IMG/VR virus record: IMGVR_UViG_3300047378_000694
Span: 106,116 to 170,115 of that record
Length of the DNA: 64,000 nucleotides
DNA from: a virus
Strand: one strand, 5' to 3'
This document shows positions 31,801 to 40,581 of the stretch, piece after piece. A model generated the notes under the pieces. That model was not told where the DNA came from, searched no databases, and saw only the letters and a program-made list of their open reading frames with translations. The translations under genes and the position numbers were made by a program. Positions within the stretch are counted from its first letter, which is position 1; every line of letters begins with the position of its first letter.

Positions 31801-34800
31801 TTTATTTGCAGCTGGACTTATTGCTAATACAGTTTCGTTGTCCCAATTTTGTGTTGTAAAGAATAAAAACTCTTTTACAAGTAGCAAGAAATCTTCAGGT
31901 AATCCACTTTCAGGATTTAAATTTTCAAAATTCCATCCTTGTACTTTTAGATATTCTTCGTATCCTAATAAAAAGTCAACAACTTCTTGTTCTGTTTTAT
32001 AAATTGTACCATAAGGAATTGTAGTTTGATTATCTTTATCAAACATTTTTCTAATAATTGCATCTTTGCCGCCAGTTATTGGAAGTTCGGCAAGTTTAGT
32101 ATATTTTTCAATCTCAAAGGTTTCTTCACTCTCGTGACTAACTTTTGCTCTATAAAAATTATTTTCAAATCTTACAATAGTACCAATAACATAAGTTTGA
32201 TCAGAACTCCAATTAACAAAATCTTCACTAACGCCGCCAACATTAATTGCACTATCGCCATTACGATTCATATATGGATAAATTGTAAATGTTGGATTTA
32301 AAGTATCATATCCTCCAATAATATATCCATTTTGTGTTTTAGTAATAATTACACCTGACAATACTGCAATATCTTGTATTCCACTGGTGTTTAAAAATAT
32401 TTTGTAATTTTCATCAGGAACAAATACTGTAGTTTTGTTTAGTGGGCTACGACTATCAAGTAATAATTTTAATTTTGTTTTTTCTGCAAAGCCCCCGAGT
32501 TTTACAGATAATTGATTGTCAAGTCCGTTTACTATTGTTTGATAATTTGCATACTTGCTTTCTACAGACCATTTTACGTAGTTTGCAATATAATTTACAA
32601 GTCCACTAGTGTAAACTTGTGTTGTCTCATTTGCAATACTTGGAAACACTAGATCCTTTGTAGAAATTTGTTGGTTAGTTTCTGAGTAGACATAATTTCC
32701 AGCCATATCTTTTTTGATACGACTTGCATCAAACCCAAGTCCAAATACTTTACTAGGCTGTGTTAGTGTCCAGGCTTTTAGTAATCCAAATCTATATTCA
32801 CTACTATTTCTAAATGCTGATTCAACCGGTCCTTGGTCGCCGTAAGTAAAATCTTCAGACGATGCAGGTAGCAAAAATCCTTTAGCAATTCCGCTATCAA
32901 GCGGACTTTGTAGCTCGCCGCTGTCATTTACTGGAATAATACTTAATAGATTTGGCCTCATATATTTTGTTAATTGTACAGTTGCTTTGCCAGGTTCTTT
33001 AACAAACCCGTCTCTTAAATCTTGCCACAGCACTGTGTTAGAATATGTGTAAGGAGCAGGGCCGTATTGTGTTTCCCACCAGCTCGGCTTAATTGAAAAC
33101 CCTAACATCTCCCATGGATGAGTATGCGGACGATCGGTATCATAATGCTGTTTAAAGATTGCTCTCCAACCGCCGGGTAGACGATTACCATTTTCGTCTA
33201 CTGAATTACGATAGTTAAATGTAAACCCATTTGTGCCGTCCCAATTAGTATTTTCAGTATAGTTTGGATTTCCAGCAGCACTTAACCAGCTACTAAATTC
33301 ATCTAAGATCAATCCATCGATTGTTTCTTTTGTAACATTTGTATCTCTATATGTTCCGCCGATAAATTCATGTATGTTTAGATATTCAGGATTATAAGGC
33401 TGTTTACAGTTGTTGTAAATACGTTTTTCAAGTTCAAGTAATAAGTCATCTCTGTAATCGCCAAATTCAACTGTATAGCTACCATCGTGTCCTACAATAA
33501 CATTTTGTGTGCCTAGTGCATTAGTAATGACAGTTCGCTCAGGAGTATATAGTGGATACAACCCTAATTTAGTAGGAGTTGGAGGAACATAACATCCGTT
33601 TGTATTTTCATATTCATATACAACTATGTCTTGTCCTACAGTTGGGTTAGTGTACTTAATGAAGCCATCTTCAAATGTATAATCAACATTGTGTAATTTT
33701 TGTTCATCATTAACATATACCAATACTGCTGTTTTACCTAATTTTGTTAAAGTAAAGTTTGAAAAACTAGTTGGTAGATATGCAGTTTCGTTGTATTCAA
33801 CTGTATTTGTTGTTGCTGTTGATGCATTAATTGGAATCACATCAGATGAAAAGAAAGGCGCCGACTCTGTTTTATCTTTATTCAGCGTATTCATAATCAA
33901 ATCAACATGTTGTCTTGCATCACCATGAAATCCTGTTCGAGATGCTTCGTATAAAAATGCACGTTTAAATCGGCTGTATTCTTTTGAAGCGTATTGAATA
34001 GACTTCATAATGTTTGCTTCTTTGTCAACAATATGATAAGCTGCTAGATTAAACGGTCCACTGTGTTTAACAAACTGAGTACCAAAAGAACTTTGTGTTT
34101 TTGGAAAAAGATCTCTTAGATTGGTGTTTCCAGGAGCTTGTCCTCTTCCGCTGGATCCAAGATTTTCAAGTATAGTATTAACATGCTTTGTAACCTCGCC
34201 TAGAGTAAAAGTAGTTAAATTTTCATTTAACGGATTGCTCTCTAAATTTTGAGGAATTTCATAATACCCATTTAAATTTTTAGTTGCAGCACTGTAGCAT
34301 TTAAGAGTTACAATACTTTCACTTGTTAAATTTTTAAGAAATCTAACACGCTTGTAAGGCACACTATTTTCAACTACGTAATCTGTATCTTGTATCTTAC
34401 GTTTTCCGTTAACATAAACTTTTACAATTAAATCAGTTAAATTATTACTATCATTAAACATATCAATGTCAAAGTTATTTAATTGACTGTTGTATTGTCT
34501 AATTACTGCTTGACGTGATTTAAATTTAGTTTTAGTCCATACATTTTTATATTCATAATTTCCATTAGGATCAAATAATTTAAAAAATCCACTATCAGTT
34601 TTTGCATTTATTTTATTTTGTATTTCGTCTTGATAATTCCAAGTATCTGTATGATAATTAAAATCAAAAACAATATCGCCAAAGTTGTTTATACTTTCGT
34701 ATGCAAGCGGAAATCCTAGTTCTGTATCGTTTGTACCTGTGCCAATTCTATAAGAAAATAATTTTGTTCCTGTAAAACTCGATGCTAGATATTGTGTTTT

Positions 34801-36582
34801 ATCGCCGTAGCTATTACCGTTGGTATCAAACAAATCAAAATGCGGCTGTTCGTTTACTTTTGTTTTTTCCTGTCCCGGTATCCATTTATTATCGTGATAG
34901 TGATACATTTTACCAGCATTAACATTACCTTGTTTTACTAATACCGTATCTCCTTGTGATGGTGTTGTATCACTAGTTTCAATTAAAGCAATTTGTCTAT
35001 TTTTTACAGTGCCGGTACCAAAAAGAATAAACTTAACTTCATAAATTTTTCCGTTTACTGTTATGTCAGGATCTGCTGAAAACAACACACGCATACCGTT
35101 GGTTACTTCTACTCCGTCAATTATATAACCTCCGGAACCTTCGATTGTACTAAACGCATCTTTTGTAAATGTATCGATTAAATCAACATTTGTTTTTGCA
35201 AGATTTCCGTGATTGTATAATTGTAATCCGGCCTTATATTCAATAATTGGACGTTTAGCTCTTGCAGTTTCATCAAACTTTATAGGTAGTCCGTTGGCTA
35301 CAAAACTCGATTCAATGATATCTCGGTGGAACCAACGATTGTATCTACTCCATGGATTTCTATCAGGACTAGCACGGTTAATACAAATGTAATCTTTTAC
35401 TGATAAAAATGCTGATGCATCTTCATAAGGATATTTGTCAAATCCAAACTCTTCTCCGTCAAAGGGTACCTCTTTTGTAGATGTAAATGTAGTTGGAATT
35501 TCAAGGTCTTGTTCGTTTACTAATTGTATACTGCTGCCAACACCTTCAACAAAATAATACCCTGAAGCATATTTTGTAGGAGTAACTTCACCTTGAAAAT
35601 AAACTTTCATACCATTACTAAGGTTTATAGTATCGTTTTCGTATGTTTCCATTCCAAGTATTTCTGTCTCAACGTTAATTTGAGAGTTTTCAACTATATT
35701 ATAAAAACTAAAAATTCCAGTTAAGTTTGCATTATTTTGACTTAGATAAAATAGTGTGTCCGGTACTTCGTCTGGTACAACAAAAACAATTTTACCCTGT
35801 TCAATAAAAGTATCTTGTGTTTCAATATAAGTGCCTTCTTCATTTACTTTATATTTTGTAATACCAGTGTTATATAGTGTACTAACATTTTCAGCGTCAA
35901 CTTGTAGTAAAGGATCGTTGTCAACAAAAGCAATGTTGCTTGCTATACTAAAAGGATGCCCAGGACAATCGATAACAAATTCGTATGTCTGTCCTTTGTA
36001 TAACTTGATGCTCGGATTCTTTGTAATACCGTCTGGCGTAAACAAATAACTTTCGACTTGATCGTCTTGTCCTAAAACAATATTGTAAACACTGGTTGTA
36101 TTTCTTGTTCGTCCTGCAATACCTACTGGTTCGGGTCCAAGCGGTAACCAAAAATATTCTCTAAAGTTTGTAAACTTATCCCAATCAATCTGCGGATCCC
36201 AGCTATAAGATTGCTGACTATTTAAAGCACTATGATTTGTACTAGCACCTTTGAATGTTTTTACCATTCCCATATAATCATTGTAGGTTGCAAAAAAATC
36301 TACATTATCAAGCTCGTCTTTGTAAACAATGCTTGATTCAAATTGATAATTTTCTCTGTCAGTTGAAATGTCAGGTAAGAAATTGTCTGTTACAACAGTC
36401 GACGGACTATTGCGTCGACCAACATATGCATCAAGTTTTTCAACAACACCCTCTGATATCATCGAGTCAATAGTTGACTGTATAAATTTTGAGTTTGTTT
36501 CGGTTCTGAAATACCTAGGAAGAAGATTTTTAGCCGAACGTTTGGTGTCGCCTACTGGCAAGGGATAATCTTGGTTTTCCAT
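22837..36582 (-). CDS. Giant (4581 aa) baseplate wedge / virion structural protein (gp7-like position)
   Basis: Follows gp6; contains INEVKPFKTKVR, FG-GAP-like propeller repeats, small CBM-like repeats and VyvNG beta repeats. Confidence 0.7.
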   Translation of the reverse strand: MENQDYPLPVGDTKRSAKNLLPRYFRTETNSKFIQSTIDSMISEGVVEKLDAYVGRRNSPSTVVTDNFLPDISTDRENYQFESSIVYKDELDNVDFFATYNDYMGMVKTFKGASTNHSALNSQQSYSWDPQIDWDKFTNFREYFWLPLGPEPVGIAGRTRNTTSVYNIVLGQDDQVESYLFTPDGITKNPSIKLYKGQTYEFVIDCPGHPFSIASNIAFVDNDPLLQVDAENVSTLYNTGITKYKVNEEGTYIETQDTFIEQGKIVFVVPDEVPDTLFYLSQNNANLTGIFSFYNIVENSQINVETEILGMETYENDTINLSNGMKVYFQGEVTPTKYASGYYFVEGVGSSIQLVNEQDLEIPTTFTSTKEVPFDGEEFGFDKYPYEDASAFLSVKDYICINRASPDRNPWSRYNRWFHRDIIESSFVANGLPIKFDETARAKRPIIEYKAGLQLYNHGNLAKTNVDLIDTFTKDAFSTIEGSGGYIIDGVEVTNGMRVLFSADPDITVNGKIYEVKFILFGTGTVKNRQIALIETSDTTPSQGDTVLVKQGNVNAGKMYHYHDNKWIPGQEKTKVNEQPHFDLFDTNGNSYGDKTQYLASSFTGTKLFSYRIGTGTNDTELGFPLAYESINNFGDIVFDFNYHTDTWNYQDEIQNKINAKTDSGFFKLFDPNGNYEYKNVWTKTKFKSRQAVIRQYNSQLNNFDIDMFNDSNNLTDLIVKVYVNGKRKIQDTDYVVENSVPYKRVRFLKNLTSESIVTLKCYSAATKNLNGYYEIPQNLESNPLNENLTTFTLGEVTKHVNTILENLGSSGRGQAPGNTNLRDLFPKTQSSFGTQFVKHSGPFNLAAYHIVDKEANIMKSIQYASKEYSRFKRAFLYEASRTGFHGDARQHVDLIMNTLNKDKTESAPFFSSDVIPINASTATTNTVEYNETAYLPTSFSNFTLTKLGKTAVLVYVNDEQKLHNVDYTFEDGFIKYTNPTVGQDIVVYEYENTNGCYVPPTPTKLGLYPLYTPERTVITNALGTQNVIVGHDGSYTVEFGDYRDDLLLELEKRIYNNCKQPYNPEYLNIHEFIGGTYRDTNVTKETIDGLILDEFSSWLSAAGNPNYTENTNWDGTNGFTFNYRNSVDENGNRLPGGWRAIFKQHYDTDRPHTHPWEMLGFSIKPSWWETQYGPAPYTYSNTVLWQDLRDGFVKEPGKATVQLTKYMRPNLLSIIPVNDSGELQSPLDSGIAKGFLLPASSEDFTYGDQGPVESAFRNSSEYRFGLLKAWTLTQPSKVFGLGFDASRIKKDMAGNYVYSETNQQISTKDLVFPSIANETTQVYTSGLVNYIANYVKWSVESKYANYQTIVNGLDNQLSVKLGGFAEKTKLKLLLDSRSPLNKTTVFVPDENYKIFLNTSGIQDIAVLSGVIITKTQNGYIIGGYDTLNPTFTIYPYMNRNGDSAINVGGVSEDFVNWSSDQTYVIGTIVRFENNFYRAKVSHESEETFEIEKYTKLAELPITGGKDAIIRKMFDKDNQTTIPYGTIYKTEQEVVDFLLGYEEYLKVQGWNFENLNPESGLPEDFLLLVKEFLFFTTQNWDNETVLAISPAANKVEFKRDKFTIDNLFDAFYDVNILDSSGNFMDSSVTSIFRNDDNTFTIRTVDSDRPIYLIKLPLVQKEHTVLLDNKTVFADTIYDKSAGFRQERIKLVGYRTDGWNGSLSIPGFFYDEAKVMQWVPNSDYRVSDVVKHKEFYYSAFANHTSGETFNDSKWRRLDERPVSQIYPNWDYKANQFADFYDLDTDNFDSEQQRLAQHLIGYQKRQYLENIITDSVSQYKFYQGFIQEKGTSNSVTKLFDALSSADNDSVELYEEWAIRLGQYGSIENIAEIEYQLTEKDYKLEPQIYELNASKTIGRSDLIIEIPSTGGYKVPDDYDHTIVSSTTSTSTYTKDSGYVRNNDVEYIVTSRSDITSINIDELEIGKHVWITKDKQSWTVLKHTRSDLEVTGFVNITNTDGSSAVKITLDRQVENIAKDDIIGIFSSIPNFKGFYKVSDVLANTITFAVSTTDGEIDFEEEDDSFSGVGGASLSRFVERRFANIEDLNNLIEDIQKDQKDRLWIDNNGTGNFSVYENNSIVSLQQEYANANTTFAKSTDINNSNTTLVTGDPNDASLDFTGTATIKRRNSPTFAFTNDQILSATDATDDNSGYGTSVAVSPDSKFIVVGAPLADNALSQFKGTLDPTEAYLTGDIVVDRGTLWRAKNDVSNWHTDASDSSSIGTSDNRDWEPAYYIPAGVGTSSGLSNQGVIYIYELDDKTRQYEQKIVMTSPDPNASENFGTTLQIRKTSNGIYKLFVGATGAGQGRVYFFEYDTDWRWTRNRNYKGVFDQNEEYRTTDIVFYQGQLYEALVERPSSTPTGQKLPTDIASWKISEDIEHTGFVPNRDQDLDGDLDTGEENFGEKIAIDTLGDKIVVSSTVNGLRRLTVYHQPVDRWKFIQSFDEDVLKRETWGKNFDINDDGTKIAVAAPYNDDVDTDAGTVYVYKQNSNNVYELQQNIRSPYTDKCEAFGSSVSFSKNKLAITGKNSDLVEMTTFDENGMLLDNGNTDIKKIIPDTGRIILFQEINDLYVYAEDVDYSRNTATHEMENIVLNDNHLYLNIPTIVATAMPRPYNNDPRYVTSPNPGLLVDFSFATGKNTWSELTTQIAKPNIEQLQQVFLYAKDTADIIQRLDVIDPRQGKIAGPAEQELSFKTWYDPATYSSSSDTSDVIVDVQSNWTDRYVGKLWWNLKEASWYNPYQGNSQYRTNTFNKLLPNSRIQVCEWVETNLLPSEWNAQTGTTAGYTKGISGTALYDDDTVSSKQVYDRTKQGFTTKYYYWVENAQIVPRVAGRSLSCESISNLIADPAGTGYRFVSLLENNKFALYNCKNLVQETNTILHFRKEKDTTINVPIHREYDLMTEGLDLSMPNASIEQKWIDSLIGYDNVGNPVPDITLSDTKKYGVLNQPRQSMFINRVEAVKQFVDRINSVFVKNLIVDNYDISKLLLVDPLPLAAEGNFDRQIDTVSELQFVGTAKNTQAVLTPVVEFGKITGVTINNPGNGYKTAPSIEIEDVTGKNAEIISTINSNGQITSVTVKDQGYDYTPTTFLKVRPFSVLVTADETIGGRWTIYIYNKTTAAWERTDNQSFDTTKYWNYADWYAPGYSESTVIHQVIDGSYQLFGLDNSIGDVVKIKNIGTGGWLLLKKTDNQDTEDYTINYDTVGRENGTIKLLDVIYNYTTETTGYDAGVYDTTFYDREPVNELRNIIDAIKTNIFVSDLAVEYNKLFFASVRYVLSEQDNVDWVFKSSFLRAKHNVGDLTQKVAYQNDNLENYQDYINEVKPFKTKVREYISAYQKIEPTQSIISDFDLPPSYIGGKITPSAAKFNNNEVTNLWEKYFTYPYKNWVDNNTYEIIRIDVADGGSGFYDTPAVTISGESGITAKAYVAKGKVKSIEILNKGSRVLSAPTITVSGNQSNDGTSVRATAVLGNPNVRSTHMTVKFDRISGKKYFETIDKTETFAGTGAQEIFTLQWPINQNITTYSVLLNNVELLDTEYSVVNKLDTTKGYDRYIGEITLVTEPKIDDTLVVKYKKDTALLHAADRIFYEYDPTTGMPGKEFSQLMTGVEYEGALYDSFDFGGEQGFGVGGFSDLPWDTFDNTYDDEIIKLDGSTNIITLSSPLESGVEYNLYLNGVRLDDPQYDGSTITANKNAVMATITGDGVQTEIDINGAFSTTADDEIIIRKQSSDGSFSPVGSTFDTALQGGALDRTTATGIPSGEITVDGDGFFTPTNSGGPEELVPGTVTDTLDLQVYTRQNDGQAQINVAHYIFDGSTREFAYPEKPFGEDNVVVMLDKVVLRTDTYSNDYSLESVFIDSDIDINVGSIITVMTFGANGNSLIDSKTIEINEFDLQDSSAIQSDNWRFVTAADYSSDASCIVILNGSVQTEGSDYFLNTSNTTEPADKLVIEISGGRVRLDQGNVIQYAVYDSGITSYSQINNDYSWSNGTGNYWNFTDTFTPINDLPLGHNLLVFGDEDILSPGYSIRFTTTSSLSYDIDGWQFANLSSVAKIDFMVYVNDVRLDVSQWSWDNVNARITLLNTNVAPAGSKLDIYCLQNADYYFIDTALTFTTLDGSTAFDMESQVTVGEPLLLVSGATSTRFEPIVKSVNGNTVVVQSMAKDIRDEFIADEDFYVTADSTAVKISEVEFIDSDSISINPEIYDDLFTTYRAMHFSNHDINQFRRFTYDVLTETVVNENTDEFARRNLLSSGIVQLESAAAGAQYVWVVKNKRLLHPIVDYEVMENLNAVRLKDIVNENDRIQVMHWAAPVSSDKFGYRIFRDMLGRTHYKRLSKENSYMIANPVSPYDNKIVLVDATGIQEPDIVLNLPGIIWIDGERIEYFAVQENTLSQLRRGTLGTGVKDLHAAGDIAYGQGSAETIDYRDTYSVYRDRADGSNQIVDLGFDIDNANEIEVFVGGRKLSKVDISVYNKTLAQDSPEADQTQTKEYEVVTVGGNKYIQFTTTPAVDTEIRVVKRTGKKWIAAGETLRNSNSAIARFIRGATIELPK

Positions 36583-39500
36583 TAATAACTGCTGCCTCCG
36601 CTCGAGCTACTTGTACTTACTACTACTTCGGCTTGACTTCCAACAGTTTGTCCTGTTTGCTCAGCTGAAGTTACAATAGCACCATCTGCTTTTAATCTAT
36701 CAGCTGTGATTGCTGTGATTATTTCAACATTATCAACAGTTGCACCGCTGATAAAAATTTCGTCGTTTTCACTTCTTACTTCAAACAAACTGCCAAATGT
36801 ATCTGTTGCTGAATCAGGTACAAGAACAATACTATTTAAATTAGGCGCTAGTTGTTGCATAATATATGCACTTAGTTCGCTCCAATAAAAAGTATCGCCA
36901 AATTCCCAATTTTCTAAAGCAAAGAATCGATTTGTTGCTTCAATAACTTGTGTTTTGATATCTTGATCATTAACAACACGGGCAGAATTTTTTACTACCT
37001 TCATTGTAGCTTGCAATCCTGGTTTAGCTTTTTTTCCAAATAAAACTTTAAATTTAACTGGATGATATATAACTTCGTCGCTAATTGATTTAATTTTGTT
37101 GATATCAGTGCCGTAATTTCTATAAAGTTGATCGGAACTTTGAGGAAGTGGTTCAGTTTCAAGTGTGCCTGCAAGGTATTGTCTATAGTTTGTATCATAT
37201 GTTTTTGTTAAAAGATATGTGTCCATAATATTACTACTACTTGGATCAATTCTAGCATTTTCATCACTAGCATGTGCATATTGGAATTTTAATCCACTAC
37301 GTCCTTCGTATGCTTTATAATTAAAAACTTGTGTTCGTGTTCTGTTTGTACTATCAATTTTTAAAAATGCATCATTTGCAATTACATAATAAATTGGATT
37401 ATTTGGTGTAGTTACACTAGCTGCTGCTTCAGATTGTACAACTAAAATATTTTCTGTAGTTTGATCTACATAACTATAAAACTCGTTGTCATCGTTTGCT
37501 TTTTTTACAAATACATATTTGTTAGTATCACCAACTGATATAGGTGCAACAATATCGTTAAAAATTTGTGGATTATCAACTACACCATCATCATCGCTAT
37601 CAAAAAATACTACTTCAACTTTTTTACTATTTACATACCCAATGCCGTCTGTAAATTCTGCACTTACTGCCCACGGATAGTCAACTGTAAAAGGCAACAA
37701 GCCGCCGGTTGACGCTAAATCTTTATTAATGTTTAATACACTAATTTTATCTCGAACAATTTCACCGGTTTTACTGTCATATATTTTTTTACTTTTTTCA
37801 AAAAAGAATCTTACTTCATTATCGCTTTCAAATACATAACGTAGCGATCTACTTGTAATAGTGTAATCAACTCCATTTGTTTCAAATAAGAATAACCAAC
37901 TTCGGTCCAATGACTGTTGTGTAGAATCTCCTGATAGTGCATACGACCATGTGTCGTTTACATTTAAGTTTTCTTGTGTTACTACCTGCCAGCGACGATT
38001 GTTAGTGTCGTATCTTAATCCTACTGTTCTGTATGCAAACAATTGGTTAACTAAAGAATTTTTAACTTCATTGATTAAATCTCTAGTAAATTTTGGTTTT
38101 ACACTATTAATTACTGCACCTGCTGGAATTGCATCGTTAAGAACAATTCCGCCTAAGCCTGTTGCTGATAATTCGTTACCGCCGTTTGTAACACTTATTA
38201 CCTTTGTCCAAAGATATGTTACAGCGCCTTCGTGATCTGGAAGACCTTGCATTAATTTGTTATTATCAGTTTTCATAAAATGATAACCCGATGGTGCTGT
38301 AAATTTAATTAGTGCGCCAGGCTCAATGTATCTAAAAACTCCTTCGGTAAACGAAGAAACTATATATTTAAATGCAGTAGTATCATTTTCATTATTAGCG
38401 TCAACTACAAATCCACTACTGCGATTAGTGTCCTGTGTTGTTTGCTGCCAAACAATATTTAAATCTGTATAATCTTGATCTGTAAATTGATCATAATAAA
38501 AATTGCGTGTATTTTTATCCTGCAATAATGGCTCAATTGTATTTGCTACAATTCCTTCAACATCAGTTTTTGTAACAAAACTAAATTTTGTTTTTTCTTC
38601 TTGGTAATCTTTGTAGACTACACCATCAGTGCCAAATAAATTTGTTGAACTGTACTTGCCAGTGCTATCACGCAGATCATAGTATCTATTAATGCCGCTG
38701 CTGGTTCTATTAACACTCTTTACTTTAATAATATTTTGACTTATTCCAAGAGGTCCAAGATTATAATCTTCTGCTGTAATTAAACGATTCTGTGTATAAT
38801 ATGTACTAGGTGCATTGTCTTTAATACTTTGTGTTGTTTCGCTACTGGATGCAGTTGCTACTGATTGTTTTAAACTACAAAGCATTGTAAGAGTTTCGTT
38901 TTTGCCATTTGCACTTATATACGGAATTGAAATTTTAATGTTTTGTACATTATTTGGAAAAATTGTATAGTCAAGATTTGCACTTGTTCTGTAGTAAGAT
39001 CTAAAATTGCCTTTAGGAAGATTACCAAATACACCATCAGCAAAAATTAAATTTATGCGGTCATTTGTTCTTGATAGCACACTGTAGATATTTTTAATTT
39101 TTTTACTAACACTATTATAAATTACATTGTTGCCTTCGACAGCATCGACCTTTGTCCAAAGATCTTGTTCTTGTCCACTACTATCTAAACTATATAACCA
39201 TACATCAGTATCGTTTACATTTGCAGCATCAACTTCAACTGTTTGATTTGGTGTTGGTAAATCAATTTGAAAATCGCCACGCTGCAAGCTACCTTGTCTA
39301 AAATGAATAAAAAATCCAGTGTTTGCACTGCCGGCACCTTGTCCGTTGTCTTTGTATAAAAACGAAAATTTATTTCCAACACGAGGTGCTTCTTCAACAA
39401 TATCATTTTTGTCAATGTCTGCGCCAACTGCTTCAAAATCTAAATTAGTTCCGTTTATCACTTTACTAAAACTATAAACAGGAAATGATTCTGGAGATGA

Positions 39501-40070
39501 ATTAATATTATATTTTTCAGTCGGAATACCGCCAACAATAGCTGATTTTCTTGGAGATCCAAATTGGTTAGTATCAAGCATACTTGCATTAAGTGCTTTA
39601 ATAAATTGATCATACCAATTTTCGTTTGTTTGATCATTCCATTTAATTGATCTACCTGATAGGTTAGTACCTGTTGTATCCGATACACTTTCAGTTGTAG
39701 TAATACTATCAACTTTTAAAAATCCAGCAGCTGGTTGATTTCGAGTTACATTATAACTAATTAAACGAGCTAGTCTAAGAACACTTTCTCTGCGCTCAGC
39801 TAATTCAATAAAGTTTTCTCTTGCATTTAAATCAACTCGGAAACTAATGTTTTGTCCAAGAAATGCAATTAGATCAATTAATGAAAGATATTCACTACTT
39901 TCAATATAATCGTTAAAATCTTCTGGATAATTTTGTCTAATATAATTAACCATTGTTCGACGTAGATTGTCAAAGTCGTAACTTTTGAAATCTGCATACT
40001 TGAAACTCTGGTATATTTTCTGCCAGTCTTCGGCTAATAAAAGTCTATTTTGTCTATCGGTTGCAGACAT
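36582..40070 (-). CDS. gp6: Baseplate wedge subunit, gp6-like
   Basis: YDFDNLR..M..YI, FNDY.ESSE..LID..AF, E.F.E.A..R.SV.RLA....Y, QNRLITAEDY. Confidence 0.85.
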   Translation of the reverse strand: MSATDRQNRLLLAEDWQKIYQSFKYADFKSYDFDNLRRTMVNYIRQNYPEDFNDYIESSEYLSLIDLIAFLGQNISFRVDLNARENFIELAERRESVLRLARLISYNVTRNQPAAGFLKVDSITTTESVSDTTGTNLSGRSIKWNDQTNENWYDQFIKALNASMLDTNQFGSPRKSAIVGGIPTEKYNINSSPESFPVYSFSKVINGTNLDFEAVGADIDKNDIVEEAPRVGNKFSFLYKDNGQGAGSANTGFFIHFRQGSLQRGDFQIDLPTPNQTVEVDAANVNDTDVWLYSLDSSGQEQDLWTKVDAVEGNNVIYNSVSKKIKNIYSVLSRTNDRINLIFADGVFGNLPKGNFRSYYRTSANLDYTIFPNNVQNIKISIPYISANGKNETLTMLCSLKQSVATASSSETTQSIKDNAPSTYYTQNRLITAEDYNLGPLGISQNIIKVKSVNRTSSGINRYYDLRDSTGKYSSTNLFGTDGVVYKDYQEEKTKFSFVTKTDVEGIVANTIEPLLQDKNTRNFYYDQFTDQDYTDLNIVWQQTTQDTNRSSGFVVDANNENDTTAFKYIVSSFTEGVFRYIEPGALIKFTAPSGYHFMKTDNNKLMQGLPDHEGAVTYLWTKVISVTNGGNELSATGLGGIVLNDAIPAGAVINSVKPKFTRDLINEVKNSLVNQLFAYRTVGLRYDTNNRRWQVVTQENLNVNDTWSYALSGDSTQQSLDRSWLFLFETNGVDYTITSRSLRYVFESDNEVRFFFEKSKKIYDSKTGEIVRDKISVLNINKDLASTGGLLPFTVDYPWAVSAEFTDGIGYVNSKKVEVVFFDSDDDGVVDNPQIFNDIVAPISVGDTNKYVFVKKANDDNEFYSYVDQTTENILVVQSEAAASVTTPNNPIYYVIANDAFLKIDSTNRTRTQVFNYKAYEGRSGLKFQYAHASDENARIDPSSSNIMDTYLLTKTYDTNYRQYLAGTLETEPLPQSSDQLYRNYGTDINKIKSISDEVIYHPVKFKVLFGKKAKPGLQATMKVVKNSARVVNDQDIKTQVIEATNRFFALENWEFGDTFYWSELSAYIMQQLAPNLNSIVLVPDSATDTFGSLFEVRSENDEIFISGATVDNVEIITAITADRLKADGAIVTSAEQTGQTVGSQAEVVVSTSSSSGGSSY

Positions 40071-40122
40071 GATTACATTCCTCGGCTAATACTATATTTA
40101 TGTATATTAAAATGTACGCACA

Positions 40123-40569
40123 TTAAAGTATGGCGTTTGACTGATTGTCAAATTTTAAAGTCATTTGTTCACTGATGTTATATTCAATGTACGTAAGCTC
40201 TGCATATATTTGTATACCTGATTCGTATGCATCAACAATAATATTACTTGCATTTACTCTTGGATCATAATTTACTATTTGGGTTACATTATCAAGCACT
40301 GCTTTTTTAATCGAGTCGGTCATTGGTTCAAATAGTACGTCCCAAATTATAGTACCAAAGGTTGGATTCTCAAGTTTTTCACCAATTCGAATATGAAAAT
40401 GATTTAATATATCTTGTTTGATTAATTCTATATTTCTTAATTTAAAATTTTTATCTTCGGTGTTGACTGTGCTCAGTCCTTTGTAGCTTTTATCTACCAG
40501 AGGCTGATTCATAGTCTTAGGTGACGTAATTTTTAAATTTTTATAAAGATTTTTCTCTAGTGTGCTCAT
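40123..40569 (-). CDS. gp25: Baseplate wedge subunit, gp25-like (sheath nucleator)
   Basis: LIKQDILNHF.IR.GEKL.NP.FG..IW..LFEP, YDPRV. Confidence 0.85.
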   Translation of the reverse strand: MSTLEKNLYKNLKITSPKTMNQPLVDKSYKGLSTVNTEDKNFKLRNIELIKQDILNHFHIRIGEKLENPTFGTIIWDVLFEPMTDSIKKAVLDNVTQIVNYDPRVNASNIIVDAYESGIQIYAELTYIEYNISEQMTLKFDNQSNAIL

Positions 40570-40581
40570 ATTGTATTTACC

